NCBI GenBank assembly: GCA_002245135.1
Contig: NGBS01000598.1
Coordinates: forward strand, 62,001 to 126,000
Source: Proteromonas lacertae
Lineage: Eukaryota
Length of the DNA stretch: 64,000 nucleotides
Direction of reading: 5' to 3'
Under the pieces are notes generated by a model. It did no database searches, was not told where the DNA came from, and saw only the letters and a list, made by a program, of their open reading frames with translations. Shown here one piece after another: positions 25,791 through 40,048 of the stretch. A program made the position numbers and the translations under genes. The stretch's first letter is position 1, and every line of letters starts with the position of its first letter.

Positions 25791-26855
25791 ACATATAAAC
25801 AATACCTTTTAACACTATTACTAAGTACTTATTCATTCATATAAATCATTTACACAAACATCTCATATTACATATAATTCATCATTTTATATCTCTTTCA
25901 TTGGTTTCTCACACTCTTAATACTCTTTTCACTATTCAATAGATTGAAAATCAGAAAATTCTAAAAATTTCATCAAGCCTAATGATTATTCAAACCCAAT
26001 AAACAAAGAAATGCTATTTTTGTGCTTACTATGAAGTATAATGGTGAAATGATGTGTATTTCGATGATGGTGATAATGATGAAATATGTGGATATGTATA
26101 GAATATATGATAATATTTGGTATAATTGTAAAAGTGAGTGAAAGATAATATTAGAATTGCATAAAATGAAAGATGATATATAAAGTGAAATCTAATGTTT
26201 AATGGTTTATTGTAGTATAGTGATCCAAAATTGTATCTAAGTTGTTTTTGAATAGTTTAAAAGCTGTATATGATGATAATGTGAATATGGTGTGAGTGTA
26301 AGTGTGATGAATATATGATTGTGTAGAGTAATAAAAGTGAAAATAAGAATATATTCGAGAAAATTCTGAGAAAAGAGTCAAGCCAAATATATTTTAAGAA
26401 TATTTTATTTATAAAAATCAAGATGAATAAATGTATGTTGAAATATAGTGAAAAAAATGATATAGAATTGTATATGACAAATTTACATTAATAGTATTTT
26501 GAAGTTGCTTATTATTTAAATGTAGAGAGTATGAATATTAATGAAATAAATTCTTTAGAAATAGATAGAATAATTTATTTTGAAAAATGAAATGTGAAAA
26601 ATGTGTTAATAATAAATATATGAATAAAAGAGTTGTATGAGTAAATGTCTAGATATTATTGTTTGTTCATTGTTGTGAGATTATGGGATGAAAGTATTAT
26701 TAACGATAAAAAATGCCTATATTACTATAATTATCAACCAATATACTCCGACTCAAATCATTTTAGTTTATTTTACTTAAAATTACTAATAAAGACTATT
26801 ATTAAGATAATTGAAAATATGTAAATTATGATAGGGAGTATATATACAATGATAA

Positions 26856-27407
26856 ATGCCGAATGTATTATATGCCAAAATCAAATATTCCAAACAATTC
26901 TATAGTAATTTAGATGTAGTATTCTTTAGATTAATTCTCTCAAGATTAATGAAAGAAGAAGATACACTTGTTGTATCAGATACAGTCGATATTCCTTGTC
27001 TAATCTATAAATTAAATACAAAAACTTATATATCAAGTAAAGTATCTGTTCAAATTAATTGCAATCCTCCTTCTGAAGGATGTATTGTATATAACTTGTT
27101 AGTATAAATATATTACTATTATTGTATTTATAAAATTATAGACAAAACTTGATTCTGCCTTGAGTGGATTGAATAATGATGTTTTTAGAGAATCAAAAAT
27201 AGTTTATGTTCATATTCCTCTTTATAATGAGTATAATGCTTTGTTTAGAAGAGTTATATTTAGGGTATAATATATATATATATTAGTAGTATATAAATGT
27301 ATATATAGCATCTTCAATTGGGAGATGAAATTATTTTTTATACTGAAACTTCTATTTTAGTTAACCCTCAAATTGAATTTCTTTTAAATAATGATTTAAT
27401 TGTGTAA
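26856..27407 (+). CDS. Hypothetical multi-exon gene or pseudogene
   Basis: Open frames separated by intron-like GT..AG blocks; no recognisable motif. Confidence 0.25.
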
Positions 27408-27585
27408 ATTGCATTTTATGCTTTTGCAAGTGTTTTAAGTTTTATAAAAATATAATGATCAGCATAAATCATGCTCATTAATTTTCGATTAACTATGGTT
27501 CTATTTGTTTGAGTAATTTTATTGTTTTTACACCTCCACAGCATAATAAAAAGAAAGAAAAATTAAATAAGCAAAAAGAATAAAT

Positions 27586-27650
27586 AGAATCGTTACTATG
27601 AATTAGCACAGAGTGCACAATTGTAAAACCATTGTAGATATGAACATTTC
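27586..27650 (-). pseudogene. Internally deleted 5S rRNA pseudogene
   Basis: Keeps both 5S ends (AGAATCGTTACTATGA..GCACAGAGT and ATTGTAGATATGAAC) and the same downstream flank, but lacks about 50 nt of the core. Confidence 0.75.
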
Positions 27651-27756
27651 TTGAGTATTCTATATTTATTTCTTATCAATAACTAATAAGTCTTAATCAT
27701 GTTTCTATATCATTATCTATGCGTAAATATGACTTATTAGAATTGAAAATATAAAC

Positions 27757-27957
27757 TGAAATATACTGAACATCTTCAATTTTCTTGATAAATATAGGAA
27801 TTGAAATATACTGAACATTTTCACTTTTCTTGATAAATATAAGAAATGAAATATACTGAACATCTTCAATTTTCTTGATAAATATAGGAATTGAAATATA
27901 CTGAACATCTTCACTTTTCTTGATAAATATAAGAAATGAATTACACTGAACATTTCT
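27757..27957. repeat. 45-bp tandem repeat x4.5 with alternating A/B variants
   Basis: TGAAATATACTGAACATCTTCAATTTTCTTGATAAATATAGGAAT-type units start at 27757, 27802, 27847, 27892 and 27937. Confidence 0.93.
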
Positions 27958-28026
27958 ATTCTTCTATTTTCTTCTATTCACTTCTATTCACTTTACTTTG
28001 TTTCTATCCAATATTAATTACTTTAA

Positions 28027-31000
28027 ATGAATGAGAAATTTGTTAATTCATTAATTTATATATTAGGTAAGCCGGAGAGAGTTAGATACCCAAAATTGTC
28101 TCATGAAGAACTTGTAAAGAGAGGAAATAAAAGAATAGTTTTAAAAGAAGCTAAACATGGCTGTAATGAAGTCGTTAGTTTAACATATGCTTTTGTTGAT
28201 GGTAACCATAATCCTACTTATAAAAGAATATTCTTTATTATCAGAAACTGTTACAATGAGATATATGAAAATATGAAGAGATATATGGATAAGCGTTTGC
28301 CAAGGCAAAAGAATTTTTTAATATATGGTAATAGATTAATCGGTAAAACTATGTTTTGTATGTATTTATTGAATGAATTTAAATCCAACAAATATAATGA
28401 TTATCAAGTGATATATAGATACAAAGAAGAAAATTATTTTGTGAAGAATCCCAATTCATCAGTATATGAAGAATCAAAAGCATTAGTAGAAAAACAAGGA
28501 GTTAAGTCAATAATGATCAGTGAAAATCTACCAATTAGTGAAGATGAATATAGTGATTTTGATGTTGTAATACTTGTTACATCTCCAGATTTGTCTAATT
28601 ACAAAGTGATGAGATCCAAAAGATCTCCAATACAGTATTGCATTCTTCCATTTGATATATATGAAATGATCATTATTTTTGAGCAAAAAGAAACATTGAG
28701 GAAATGAAGATATTTATGGAGGAATTCCTGGATTATATACTATAGATACAGAATTAGAAATTAGTGAATATGATGGTAAAATTGAATATTATATTAAAAA
28801 TCAATATAATGAAAATGTTTTTATTTATGATGTTAAAAAAGTAACTGACATACCTGAAAAATTGAGATTTATATCTGATAATATTAGAGATAAAGCAATG
28901 AAAACAGATAAAAGTTTAGTTAATGTAAAGAATTTTAATACCTTTTTGGACCTATTAAAAGATGAAATAGAAAATGATCATAGTAATGATGATTATGAAA
29001 CAAAAGTAAATAACAAACTAGGAAGTGAGTGTGGTTGGTATTATGAACATTTAGTGTTGTGTATAAAGATGCTAAATGAAGAAATGGAGAATAAGATAAT
29101 AATGAATGAAAGAGATTTACCACAATTAAAAGAAATGCAATTGCCATTATTCATAAATTGTTCATTTAGGTTTAATTTTCCTGCAGTTGATGGAATTGAG
29201 ATAAATGATGAATGTGTAAATGGATATCAAGTAACTGTAAGTAATAATCATAATTTGGTTAAAACTGTTTCAATATTATTGAAAGTACTGTATCAGGAAA
29301 CACTAGAGATAAGAAAAAGAAAGATGAAAGAAATATGTTATGAATATGTTTATAACCTAACAAAAATAGATGAATATAATAAAAAATTACAAAATACTGG
29401 AAATGAGAATAAAAATCAATTATCAGTAGGATTAGCAGAATGTATATCATATAATGAAAGATTATTAGATCAATTATCCAATAGTTTATATTACTGTGGA
29501 GTATATATATTTATTTATCTAATTAATATAGTATACACCTGAGTCTTTAGTGACAGAAGATATTTCTGAGAATTATAACAATAGTAAGATTGAATACATA
29601 AAAACAGAAATAGAAAAGAGATTAAGTAAAGAAGAAATTGAAAAAATTGAAAATACTGAAAAAATAGAGAATATTGATGAGAAAAATATTGATGAAGTTA
29701 TTGAAAAGATATATCCATCACCAAATAAAAGAATGAAGTTAAATGATAATACAAGTTTAAAAAGTGAAGAAGAGAGTAAAATAGATAATAGAAGTGTTGA
29801 AGAATATGAACTAAGATGGAGATTGATGAAGTTAATAAGAGATGCCAAAGATCACGTTTATGATTCATTACTACAACAAGAAATTGATAAAGGTACTAAT
29901 GAGACAGAAAGAAATAAAATAGCAATAGAGAGAAAGAGTTCAATTATTAGAGCAATAAAGAATGAAATGAAAGTAACAAATGATAGTGGAATAGCTATAA
30001 ATTATCAACAAACATTGGATTTGTTAGTTCAAAAAATAGATGATTGTTGTAAAGATTATAATAATCCTAGATTTGCAATAACTATCGTAAATCCTCATCC
30101 TAACAGTACTGTTAAAATAACTCCTGAAGATAGTTGTGATTTTAGTTCATATGGAAAAGAACTATCAAGTAAAATGATTGGTTATATAAATCGTGTTTAT
30201 TCTGGATATGATAGATTAAAGGATAATATACAAAATGAAAAAGAAGCAAAAACAGAAGAAAAAGCAAAAACAGAAGCAGAAAATAGAGTAAGCCTTCAGT
30301 TCAATAGAATAGAGAAAAGAGATGAGATAATTCCTTACCAACAGATAGAAAAAATCAAAATAAACAATTCTTATTTGAATGATAATAAAATATTTTATGA
30401 AAATGACAAAAGAAAAGAATTAGATATTGAAAATAGTAGTATAAACTTTACTAATACTTTGATAAATAAAATAAGAGAGAATGAAGCATTGAGAAGTTTT
30501 ATAGATTGTAATTTTATAACCTTGGATATATCAAATATGTTATGTGAAACATATGATGAAGGATTGAAAAAGTTTAATAGAATATTAAATAGTTATGATT
30601 GTCCAATAACATTTATAATAAATAAAGATGGAGTAATAGAAGAAAGAAGTGTTTATAATAAAAAATATGATAAATTACAGAATAGAATTGAAAGAATAGG
30701 AATTGATGTAGAATGTGAAATAAATGAAGTATTAAAATGTAGTTATTGTGGTAAAGAAAAAACTATAACTAGAAGATGTAAATATGTATTTGGATATATA
30801 AAGAATGAGAATGGAGTAACTAACGTTATTATTCCAAATAGAAATGTAACATTCTATTGTGAAGAATGTAAATCAATAACATTTTGTATGTCAAAATATG
30901 TGTTTGATGAAGTTAATAAACCTAGAATTGTAGTAACTATTGTTGATGATAATTATGATATATATGTTGATGGTAAGTTACAATCAACATCTACTTCAAA

Positions 31001-32849
31001 TACAGAAAGTGATAAAGTAGAGACAGTTCCAATTACTCCTTCATTACATAATGATCAGAATAATTTACCATCAAATAGTTCAATTAATCATCCAACAACT
31101 AATAATCATATGGAAACAGAAAATGATAGTTCAAATAAACCAATTAATCCAAATACAACTTCTCAAAGATCATGTATTATTTTTATATTTTTTATATATA
31201 ATTAAATAGCTTTTGATTATATGAGATTAATATTTAATAGAGATGATAAAATTCCCGAATTTCATCAAAATGAATCATTCATAAAATTACCTGATAATGT
31301 TAAGATATTCCAATATCCAACGAATTATGTATTAGTAAGAGATTTTTATAAACTCTATTGGGAAAGAATAAAAAACAATATTTTATACAATTTATTAAGT
31401 GATTATTATGATAATTCTGAAATTATTAAATCACTATTGATTTATTTGAATGTTGAATATAATCAATCCGATTTTAATAAAGAAGAAAAAAGGAAAGAAA
31501 TTGTAAAACAGCAGAAGAGAAAATTAAAAAGAATTATAGATAATTATGAAAAAAAAAAGATAAAAAGTGACATAAATGTAGAAATATCACAGAAAAGCTA
31601 TTATCTTTTGAGAGGCCAGCCAGGATGTGGAAAATCCTCCTTTATAATATATTTTATAACCAAATTCATTGAATTGAAGAAGGAATTAAAAATTCCTGAT
31701 TTAAGTTTTGCATATTATAAAAGTTCTAAGCAAGATCATGATGTTATACCAGAGAAAGATAAATGCTATTTAAATGATTATCACTTAGAGAAAAATGAAA
31801 TTTCTTCTGACATAATCATATGTGATTCAGTTAATATTCCCTCTAATCAATATAACGACTATAATATAATTATAAATATAAGTTCTCCAGATAGTAAGAA
31901 TTATTCAAATATAAAAAGATTTACTAATTATAAAAAGATATATTTCTATTTAGATATTTGTAGTGATGATGAAATAGTGAAATGGAAAAACAAATGTTTA
32001 CCACACGATTTAGGCAAAGTAATTGATAAATTTCTCCCATTATATAACAATGTTCCAAGACATTTATATTTTGCAGCAATATACGATGTTTATTATGAAG
32101 GAAGAAGTTATTGGAATGAGATATATACGAAATGTATAAATACAATAGTTGCAGATATGGGTTATTATGATTTTATAAAGAAGTATCTTTGTCCATGCCA
32201 AAATGAAGATGATAATTTAGAAAATGATAATAAATTATATCATGATAATGTTAAGAATGATAGATTTGATACAGATTTATCACATTATGTATTTAAATAT
32301 AAAGTCAAAAGTTATTATTCAATTGATAAATATCAATTAGAATTTGTATCAAAAGAAATATTTAGATATGTTTATAATTGTGTAAGTCATAGATTAAGTA
32401 GAAAAGAATCTCAATTACTACATGATTATTATTATAAAGAAATAATTTACAATCAAGATCATCCTTTATATAAAATATTATTCAATGAATTAGTATGGTA
32501 TAGAATAATTCACAATAAAAATTGGTCAGGTGTTAAAATAGCACAATTTGATAATGGTTTAAAAGACATTTTTTATAGCTTTAACAAAAATTGTTGTAAA
32601 TCAGAAGCATTAGGAGAAGGTTATTATGTTGGTGTATTTTTTATTGCTAAAGATGATGATATTTTTTATTCAATTAATAATGTAATAATACATCCATCAA
32701 ATAACAACAATAGAAATGAAATAATTGATGAAAATATTTATGATAGATTGATGAAATATCGTGATGCAATTGGTGGTATAGAATTATATTATTTAATAGC
32801 AACAAATGATGAAGTAAAAAAGAAAATAATATTTCATCTAAATAATTAA
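28027..32849 (+). CDS. Crinkler/RHS-type NTPase-REase-(CxxC)-NTPase protein, paralog of 9651-15226, frameshift near 28700
   Basis: GNRLIGKT, TSPD, YGGIP; FPAVDG..GYQVTVSNNH; CSYC..CEEC; GQPGCGKS, ICDS, YNNVPRHL. Introns 29501-29531 and 31174-31209 keep the frame. No OTU domain. Confidence 0.8.
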
Positions 32850-33229
32850 ATTAAATTCTTTTAATCCTATCACAGAAATCATATTAACTGAATATCTTAA
32901 TCTACAATTGGATGTAAATTATTATTACAAACAATTTACTCCATCAGATAACTCCAGCATACTTTTTACTTACATGATAATCTAAATACACTTTATTTCA
33001 GGAATAATATACTTCATAGTAATCACAAAAAAAACATTTCTTTATTTCTTGGCTTGAGATATATTTGGCTTGATAAAATACTAGAATTTTCTAATTTTAA
33101 TTTATCAAAATTGATGTGTATGATTTATACTGTGTAGAATACTGGTTTTTATCTTAAATTACTGTTAAAACTGCAAGAACTTGAAAAGCAAAGAAATATG
33201 AAAAAAAGAAATAAGCAAAAAGAATAAAA

Positions 33230-33347
33230 AGAATCGTTACTATGACTTCGCACAGAGTCCCCCACTGTACTACTATCATAGCTCGTACAATCTTAACTTC
33301 GCAGTTCTGATGGGATGCGGTGCTTTATTGTAGATATGAACGATTCT
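33230..33347 (-). rRNA. 5S rRNA
   Basis: Reverse complement of 24250-24367 with two substitutions; T-run downstream. Confidence 0.9.
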
Positions 33348-33870
33348 GATTATTATTTCACTTTTTTTCTTATATATCACTCTCTCTTTTATATTTTCTT
33401 ATAAACAATTAATATCATTCTAATAATGTTATATTAAAAGAAAATATAATATATATCAATCTATTCATGTTATTATATTAATATCTATGCTTAGTGATGA
33501 TTTAAAGAGAAAAAATGGAAAATGATGAAAGAAACGGCTAAATATTTATAAATATAAAAAGTATCTTGGTGAAATTGATGTGTAAATGATGTATTATGTT
33601 GAAAATTAGTATACTTTAGTGGAGTATGATAATTGTTTTATTTTAATAGATTGACTAAAGGAGGAAAGAAACTGATTTCAAATCCATTTGAAACTAGAAC
33701 AATATGATGGTGTTATAAAGATGTAGAAAATAAAGATGATGTGAATAAGCTATTATCCTATGCTTTATTGAATTTGTTAATTTGTGTAAAATAATGTGAG
33801 TTTAATGAAATAAAGAAGTAGTGTTTGAATAGTATGGATCTATGTGTAAAATATCTTAATCTTCAAGAAG

Positions 33871-36123
33871 ATACTAATTTTCTCTTCATAAAAACTATCA
33901 TATAATATATTTTAATACTTGATTCATATATTTTCAATTCAATTAAATAATTTTTAACTTTTTATAAAGATTTACAATTTAATACTCAACAATAATTAGG
34001 TATTTTATATAATTATGTTCTTATTTATTTCTACTAATCATCAGTTTCATTTGTAATCTATCACATGATAAATTTGATTTGGATAAGTTACTTATTTGTC
34101 CAGTATGTTTAAACTGTTCTTGGCAAGTATGTATACCCTAGGAAACTTGGACTTTAATGATAGCCAGATATTTCCAATGGTTTCAGAGGTGCTGTAATGA
34201 ATATCATATTGCAATTATTCTTGTACTTCATTTGGCATAATTAATCTCTTTCTTTTTACTGCTTTTTCAAGATATTTATCTAATGTAGTTTCTTCTATTG
34301 AATATGTTTCTTCGATTTCAGTATTTATATAATTCAATGAATTAATTAATAAACTTTTAGATTTTTCAAATTCTGAATCGCTAAACCCTAGAGTACTATG
34401 AAGAATGAATGATTTCACTCTAGGGTCTAACATGCAGCACAACAGAGGCAAATCACTATCATTACATATATTATTTAGTCTTTCTATCATATTAATTTTG
34501 ATACTCTCAGCATATTCCTGTATCTTTGTTGGATAACCTGTTTTGAACTCAAATAAAGTCTGTTTATAATGTAATACAGCCATTCCCATAGTCATGTTTC
34601 TATCTTCCAATATCTTAGTAAGTTTGTATAATGGTTCGAGTATATCACATAGTTTATCTAGAATAACATACGCTATATTGGTAGGGGAAGAGATAAATTT
34701 TAGCAACTCATCTTCTTTTGGTTTTATGGCATTAACTATACCTATAAGTTTTTCTTGGTTATACTGTTTAAGATTGTTTTTGTATTCATTTGTTTTTTCT
34801 TCATAATATTGATGCAATATTTCTTTACTTTCATAAAATTTCTTTAACATAATATATAAACTATTCCACCGAGTTGTCGTTAAAGTAGGTATACATAAAT
34901 TGAGCTTATTTTGTTTACGACGGTTCTTAGTTGTTTACCTAGATCTACAAATACTTTTACATTAATATCTATAACTCCTCCTTGAACCATAGCCCCATTA
35001 ATAGCAAGTTGAAGGCTATGGTTCATACATCTTACATTTGTTACACATGCATCTCTTATACCTTTCACCATATTCTTTCCATTGTCTGAAGTAACTGAAG
35101 TTATTTCAAATCCATACATTTCTTTTATGAAATTTATTGTGTCTGTAATTGTGTCTGCATTTTCATTAACAACTTCTACAACACCAAGTGTTACTGTAAC
35201 TAATTCAAACAAATCGTTGAAATAACATCCACTAATACCTACTAGTTCACTGGAACGCTCCGATTTCCACCCATCTATAGCAAGTGCGACGTGTTTACCA
35301 TTTAAATCTTTCTTTAATTTATCCTATAAAAAATATAAAAATAATATACAATAATTTCTGTGTTTCTTTTAATTAAAAAGTCATTATATACCACTCTTCT
35401 TGGTGGCTTATATCCTAATTTATTGCAGAATCTACGAAAACTACTACTGTCTAACACAGTAGTGCTTATATGATCGTAAGTGATGAAATAAAATAAGCTT
35501 TGTTTTATCTCATCATTGTTTATCTTTACATCTTCATCTACATAATTATGTGAACTAATTTGGTGAAGTTTGACAGCCTTTCCATTTTTCACGTTACAAG
35601 CATATCGAACACCACAAAATATGCAAATGCATTTATCAAGGCTTTTTATCTTTAACATATTATACCAAAAGGTTTTGTAAAAGTTAAAATTAAGATGTTC
35701 AAGCATATTTGCCTCTTTTAAGGCAATAACTTCACTAGCCGCTCCAATTGGTAAAACTATACTCCTAGAATATATAATGATAGATTATATTAGATACATT
35801 TATAATAATTTTAAGAAATGATTAAAAAGTATGCCATTTTTTCTTTCAAATTTTTATAATCATTCTATACTTTATATTACATATATAGCACAATAGAATA
35901 ACTCATCGGTAAGGTTAGATTCAATTATGAAGAAAGAAAAAAGCGCATCGACCGACGGTTAATTCGGTATTTTATAGAATGATATATAGACCTTGAATTC
36001 AATATGTACAGTTAGATAATATTATTAATATCACATGTTTAGGAGGAGGTCAGCTAATAGTTACTACAGCCTGGTGTCGGTCAACATTTGTTTATTGACC
36101 TACGACCGATTTATACAACCCTG
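33871..36123 (-). mobile_element. hAT transposon, 3'-truncated copy (5' TIR only)
   Basis: TIR ACCGATTTATACAACCCTG ends at 36123; transposase motifs DGW, SDNGKNM, RCMNHSLQL, TRWNS and LDPR; breaks off at 33871 before the 3' TIR. Confidence 0.9.
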
Positions 36124-37621
36124 ATTCTAGAGTAATAAAAGAAGGGTTACAGAAAGATATGAAACAGTATTTATTACTGAAACAGAATTATGATAAATAT
36201 TATTCTATACTAATTTCATCAGATTTATCACATTTTATAACATTATTATATAACAAAAATATAAATTCATACATCTTAATTATTGATGATGATATAAGAT
36301 GGAGAAACTAATAATATGATTGAATTAATTGAAAAGGATATCTTGCAACTAGAAAAGGAAGATTCATTGATAAAATGGAAATTACTTTTCAATTAATTTA
36401 ATCATATTGAATTTGATTTAGGAGGTTATGTATGGGTGGAAAAATATGACATTGATTAAAGCTGCAACGCCTATGTGATGATTATTCTAATAAACATCAC
36501 AGTGGTATTATAGGTAAATCTTTAAATAATGATATAAATTATAGAAAATTTAGAGTGAATCATATAAAAAAAATTGATCTATATAGATATGCACCAATAT
36601 ATGAAAGTCTATATAAATTAAATTAGAAAAAAGATTATTTTTAAAGCCTAATGAAATATTTACATTACTGAAGATATGAAGTTATGTAAAACTTGGTTAG
36701 GATAAATAGAGTTTTATTATTATTTAAAAGAAGGATATTTTTATTGAAAATGTTTAGATTATCTATATGACATTATTGCTTTTATTTATATATATATTCA
36801 TAACTACAAATCATTATTACAGAATAAACTACCATACTATATAAAATATTATTCCTGCTTCTTGTTTTACTTTAGTTACTATAGTTATGACTAAGATTGG
36901 TTGAAATTGTATAAATATCTATTCTGATTAATTAAAATTCATCTACAAACTACTCAATAGTGATATTTAACATATTTATAAACATGATGATTAATTTATA
37001 TTGATTACTATCTCTAAAAAACAAATACTAATGTAATTATAATAATAAATCTCTATTTCTGGATATTAATGATTTGTCTTCAATAAGTCTCTTACTTTCT
37101 CAGTTTCTGAAAATAAATAATCATTATAAACCTCTCTTCGAGTTATACTTTATCCTAGTTTGAAGCAAAACCTTCTAAATTCTGGTGAGTCTAATATTGT
37201 GGTACTGACTGCATTGAAGGTTATGAATTTAAATAGACCTTTGTTGACAGAATCTGAATTGACTTTGGCTTTTACCATATGCAATAATCTGAATATTTTA
37301 TTTTAATCACGTTTTCCAAAACATTTTGAAGTAGTTAATATTTTACTTCTCTAACATAACAGCAATTGAATAAATGCACAACTCTTTTGATGCGATAGGG
37401 GGTAATATGATATCCCTATAGTTTCATATACTATAAAGTATTATAAATATTGAGTAATTACACATTTAAATGATATAAATCTTAAAAAATAAAGATTTAC
37501 TTAGCCAAACCATCAAGAAGAAGAGAGTAGAAAAACCATAATGTTAAGGAGTTATGGTATCGATGAAAAGAACATCATTGAAGAAAGATTAAGATTTCAT
37601 AACTAATTATTAAATCATTGG

Positions 37622-37803
37622 TGTTGTGCGCCGTTTGTCATAAGTGGCCGTTTGTCTACCAGACACTTTTAAAACAAACTAAATGTATATTCTTACTTGT
37701 CTTGATGAAAAATTGTTACTTTTATACTTACTTTGTTATATGACCTACCTCTGCAGTATACTTTTTTGATAATATAAATAGTTTGAATATTTGCGCCGGT
37801 TTG
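37622..37803 (+). mobile_element. Solo end of the TGT..ACA foldback family
   Basis: About 180 bp nearly identical to the start of the 18744 element, beginning TGTTGTGCGCCGTTTGTC. Confidence 0.88.
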
Positions 37804-38016
37804 TTATACAGCACTGTAAAAAATGCAATATAAAACTATTAAAGAATTTATCTAAAGATAATACTGTTAATAATTTATTGATATTTACTAATCTTATTCC
37901 CAAAAAAATTAGTCTAAATAATCATAAAATTAATATAAATCACATAATAACAGTTAATGACAAAATGCAATATAAAATTACTGTAGAGAATATTACATAA
38001 TATTTGTGTAGGGAAA

Positions 38017-38457
38017 ATGATAAATTTAAATTCTTATAATATGCTTATACAAATGATAGAATATTACATACTATTTGGTGTAGATCACTTTATTTTTTAT
38101 AAGACATCATGCTCTAAAAATGTATCAAAAGCATTAAAATATTATACACAAAAAGGAATAGCAGAAGTTATTCAGTTTGATAACAATTTTGATATAGATT
38201 ATGCAAAATACAATACTTATGCGCAAAGATTAAAATTGAATGATTGTTTCTATAGAAGTCTCTATAAAACAGATTGCCTAATTATGACAGATTTAGATGA
38301 AATATTATGGCCTAAAAATGATGAAAATATATATAATATGATAAAAGGATTAGATGAAAAACATAATAGAAAATATGATACATATATTTTTCAAGAAAAA
38401 ATATTCAAAAGATATTATGTATCATATTATGATATATATGTGCATAATATAGAATAA
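38017..38457 (+). pseudogene. GT92/DUF23-family glycosyltransferase fragment
   Basis: IQMIEYYILFGVDHFIFY..AQRLKLNDCFYR..TDLDEIL; flanking frames disrupted; intronless. Confidence 0.75.
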
Positions 38458-39530
38458 TTGTTGTGATTATACTTGGAAATGGCCAAAATTGTTGATAAGG
38501 AATTTAACAAGGATTGCTTCAGTGAGTATTCATTGGATAACAGGCTGTATATACAATTATTCAGAAATTAGGATCAACTCTAATATAGGTTATATAAGGC
38601 AATTTATCCCTATATTGTCGAAGGATTAATTGGAAACTGGACAGTCTGTATTGCAGATGAGAGAGAAAATATAATACAAATAAGAGTTAAAAAAGTAAAA
38701 ATAGTATAGGATTTAGTTAAAATATTATGATATAAGTATCGAAATATGAGGAGAATACAAAGCTAATGTACTAGCTACCATATTTAATTAAGAATGTTCA
38801 TAATCATATATATAGTAGTTTGTTCTGAAAAGGGAAATTCCGAGTTAACAATTAGTATATATAGTATATAAATGGAACTCTGGCCCAACGTGCCACAGTC
38901 CTAACGAGTTTAGTTCGTGATGGAGTGTCGGAGATATCTTCTCTTCTTAAAGTCTCGGAGGTAGTGATTATCAAAGACATGCTGATTTCCAGGACTTCTC
39001 TTGAAGTGATCACGGATCGCTGATAAGGCTTTAAAGAGTTCTTGTTGATGGAGATGCTGTTGCTTTTAAAGTCCCAAACATACTAGGAGAGATAGATATA
39101 CCGAAGTAGTTAAGGATTACAACTGTAAGCACTTGTACCACTCAGAAGGAGAAGGCTTTACCATCTTGATCTTGCAGTGAGAATGATTGAATGGGAAGTC
39201 ATCTTTGGAATTCACCTTTACCTCGCCCAAAATAGTAAACTACTGTGGCCCATACTTGTGGACTCCTCATTATGTCCTTAGCAGTCTCTATCACTGCCAG
39301 ATGAAGAAGTGATGGAGTTGACTTACCATCAAATGCTAAAGCCCTTTTGAAGTCAGGAATCTCAACACCGGCTTTAGCAGCATGCTCTCGGATCAATTGA
39401 AAGGATGGATTGTCCTTCTCAGCGATGCTAGCAATATCCAGTGATAGTTGACGTAGAATACTTCTGGTCTCCTCTTAAGCTTCCTTTGGTAAGTTTATCA
39501 CCTCCTTATACTTATTAGCCAGATCGATGA

Positions 39531-39827
39531 TTGCTTAGTCTGGCCAACTATGAAAAATGTTGTACAACAAATGACTTGACTGTATTGTTAGAAAGTAGGT
39601 CTATAACAATGGTTATGTCGTACCTATGCTACAAACAATCGATTTATGAACGTTATTCTATAGATTATCCATTGAAATTGAAAGAATATGTCGATAGATC
39701 TATGTGTAATATGATAGAAAGATTAAAAGCAATAAATCGAAACAGTGATTTACCCCTTTTATCATGCTTATTAGATCCTCGAGTTAAACAGTTTATTGTT
39801 GGAAGAACTCGGAGCTATTTACTTTAA
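39531..39827 (+). pseudogene. Diverged hAT transposase fragment
   Basis: NMIERLKAINRNSDLPLLSCLLDPRVK aligns with NMIERLNNICNDSDLPLLCCMLDPRVK of ORF 53007. Confidence 0.85.
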
Positions 39828-40048
39828 TACACTCACTACTCAAATGAGAATGTTTTATTGCCAAGTGAAGCTAAATGTAAAAACAATTAGGTTTAATATT
39901 ATAAGAAACTTTATATATGGTTAAATATTGAATGTATTTCTATATATTAAATTTTATCTGTATTTATATCTGCGGGTAATGATTTATATAAATAACTCTA
40001 TATAAAATAACAAAATTTGAAGGCAATGCTTTATCCACATTGTAAACA

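Larger units (their letters stand above)
33871..39085. repeat. Left arm of 5.2-kb inverted segmental duplication (partner 48769-53986)
   Basis: Near-identical mirrored ORFs; both boundaries traced base by base. Confidence 0.95.

Noticed and set aside
27717..27953. 78-aa repetitive ORF
   Set aside because: By-product of the 45-bp tandem repeat.
27757..27957. CRISPR-like array
   Set aside because: Units are contiguous with no unique spacers; eukaryotic context with no cas genes.
36150..36800. Glycosyltransferase remnant (YILIIDDDIRW); similar hints at 48020-48760
   Set aside because: Too decayed to assign a family or boundaries.
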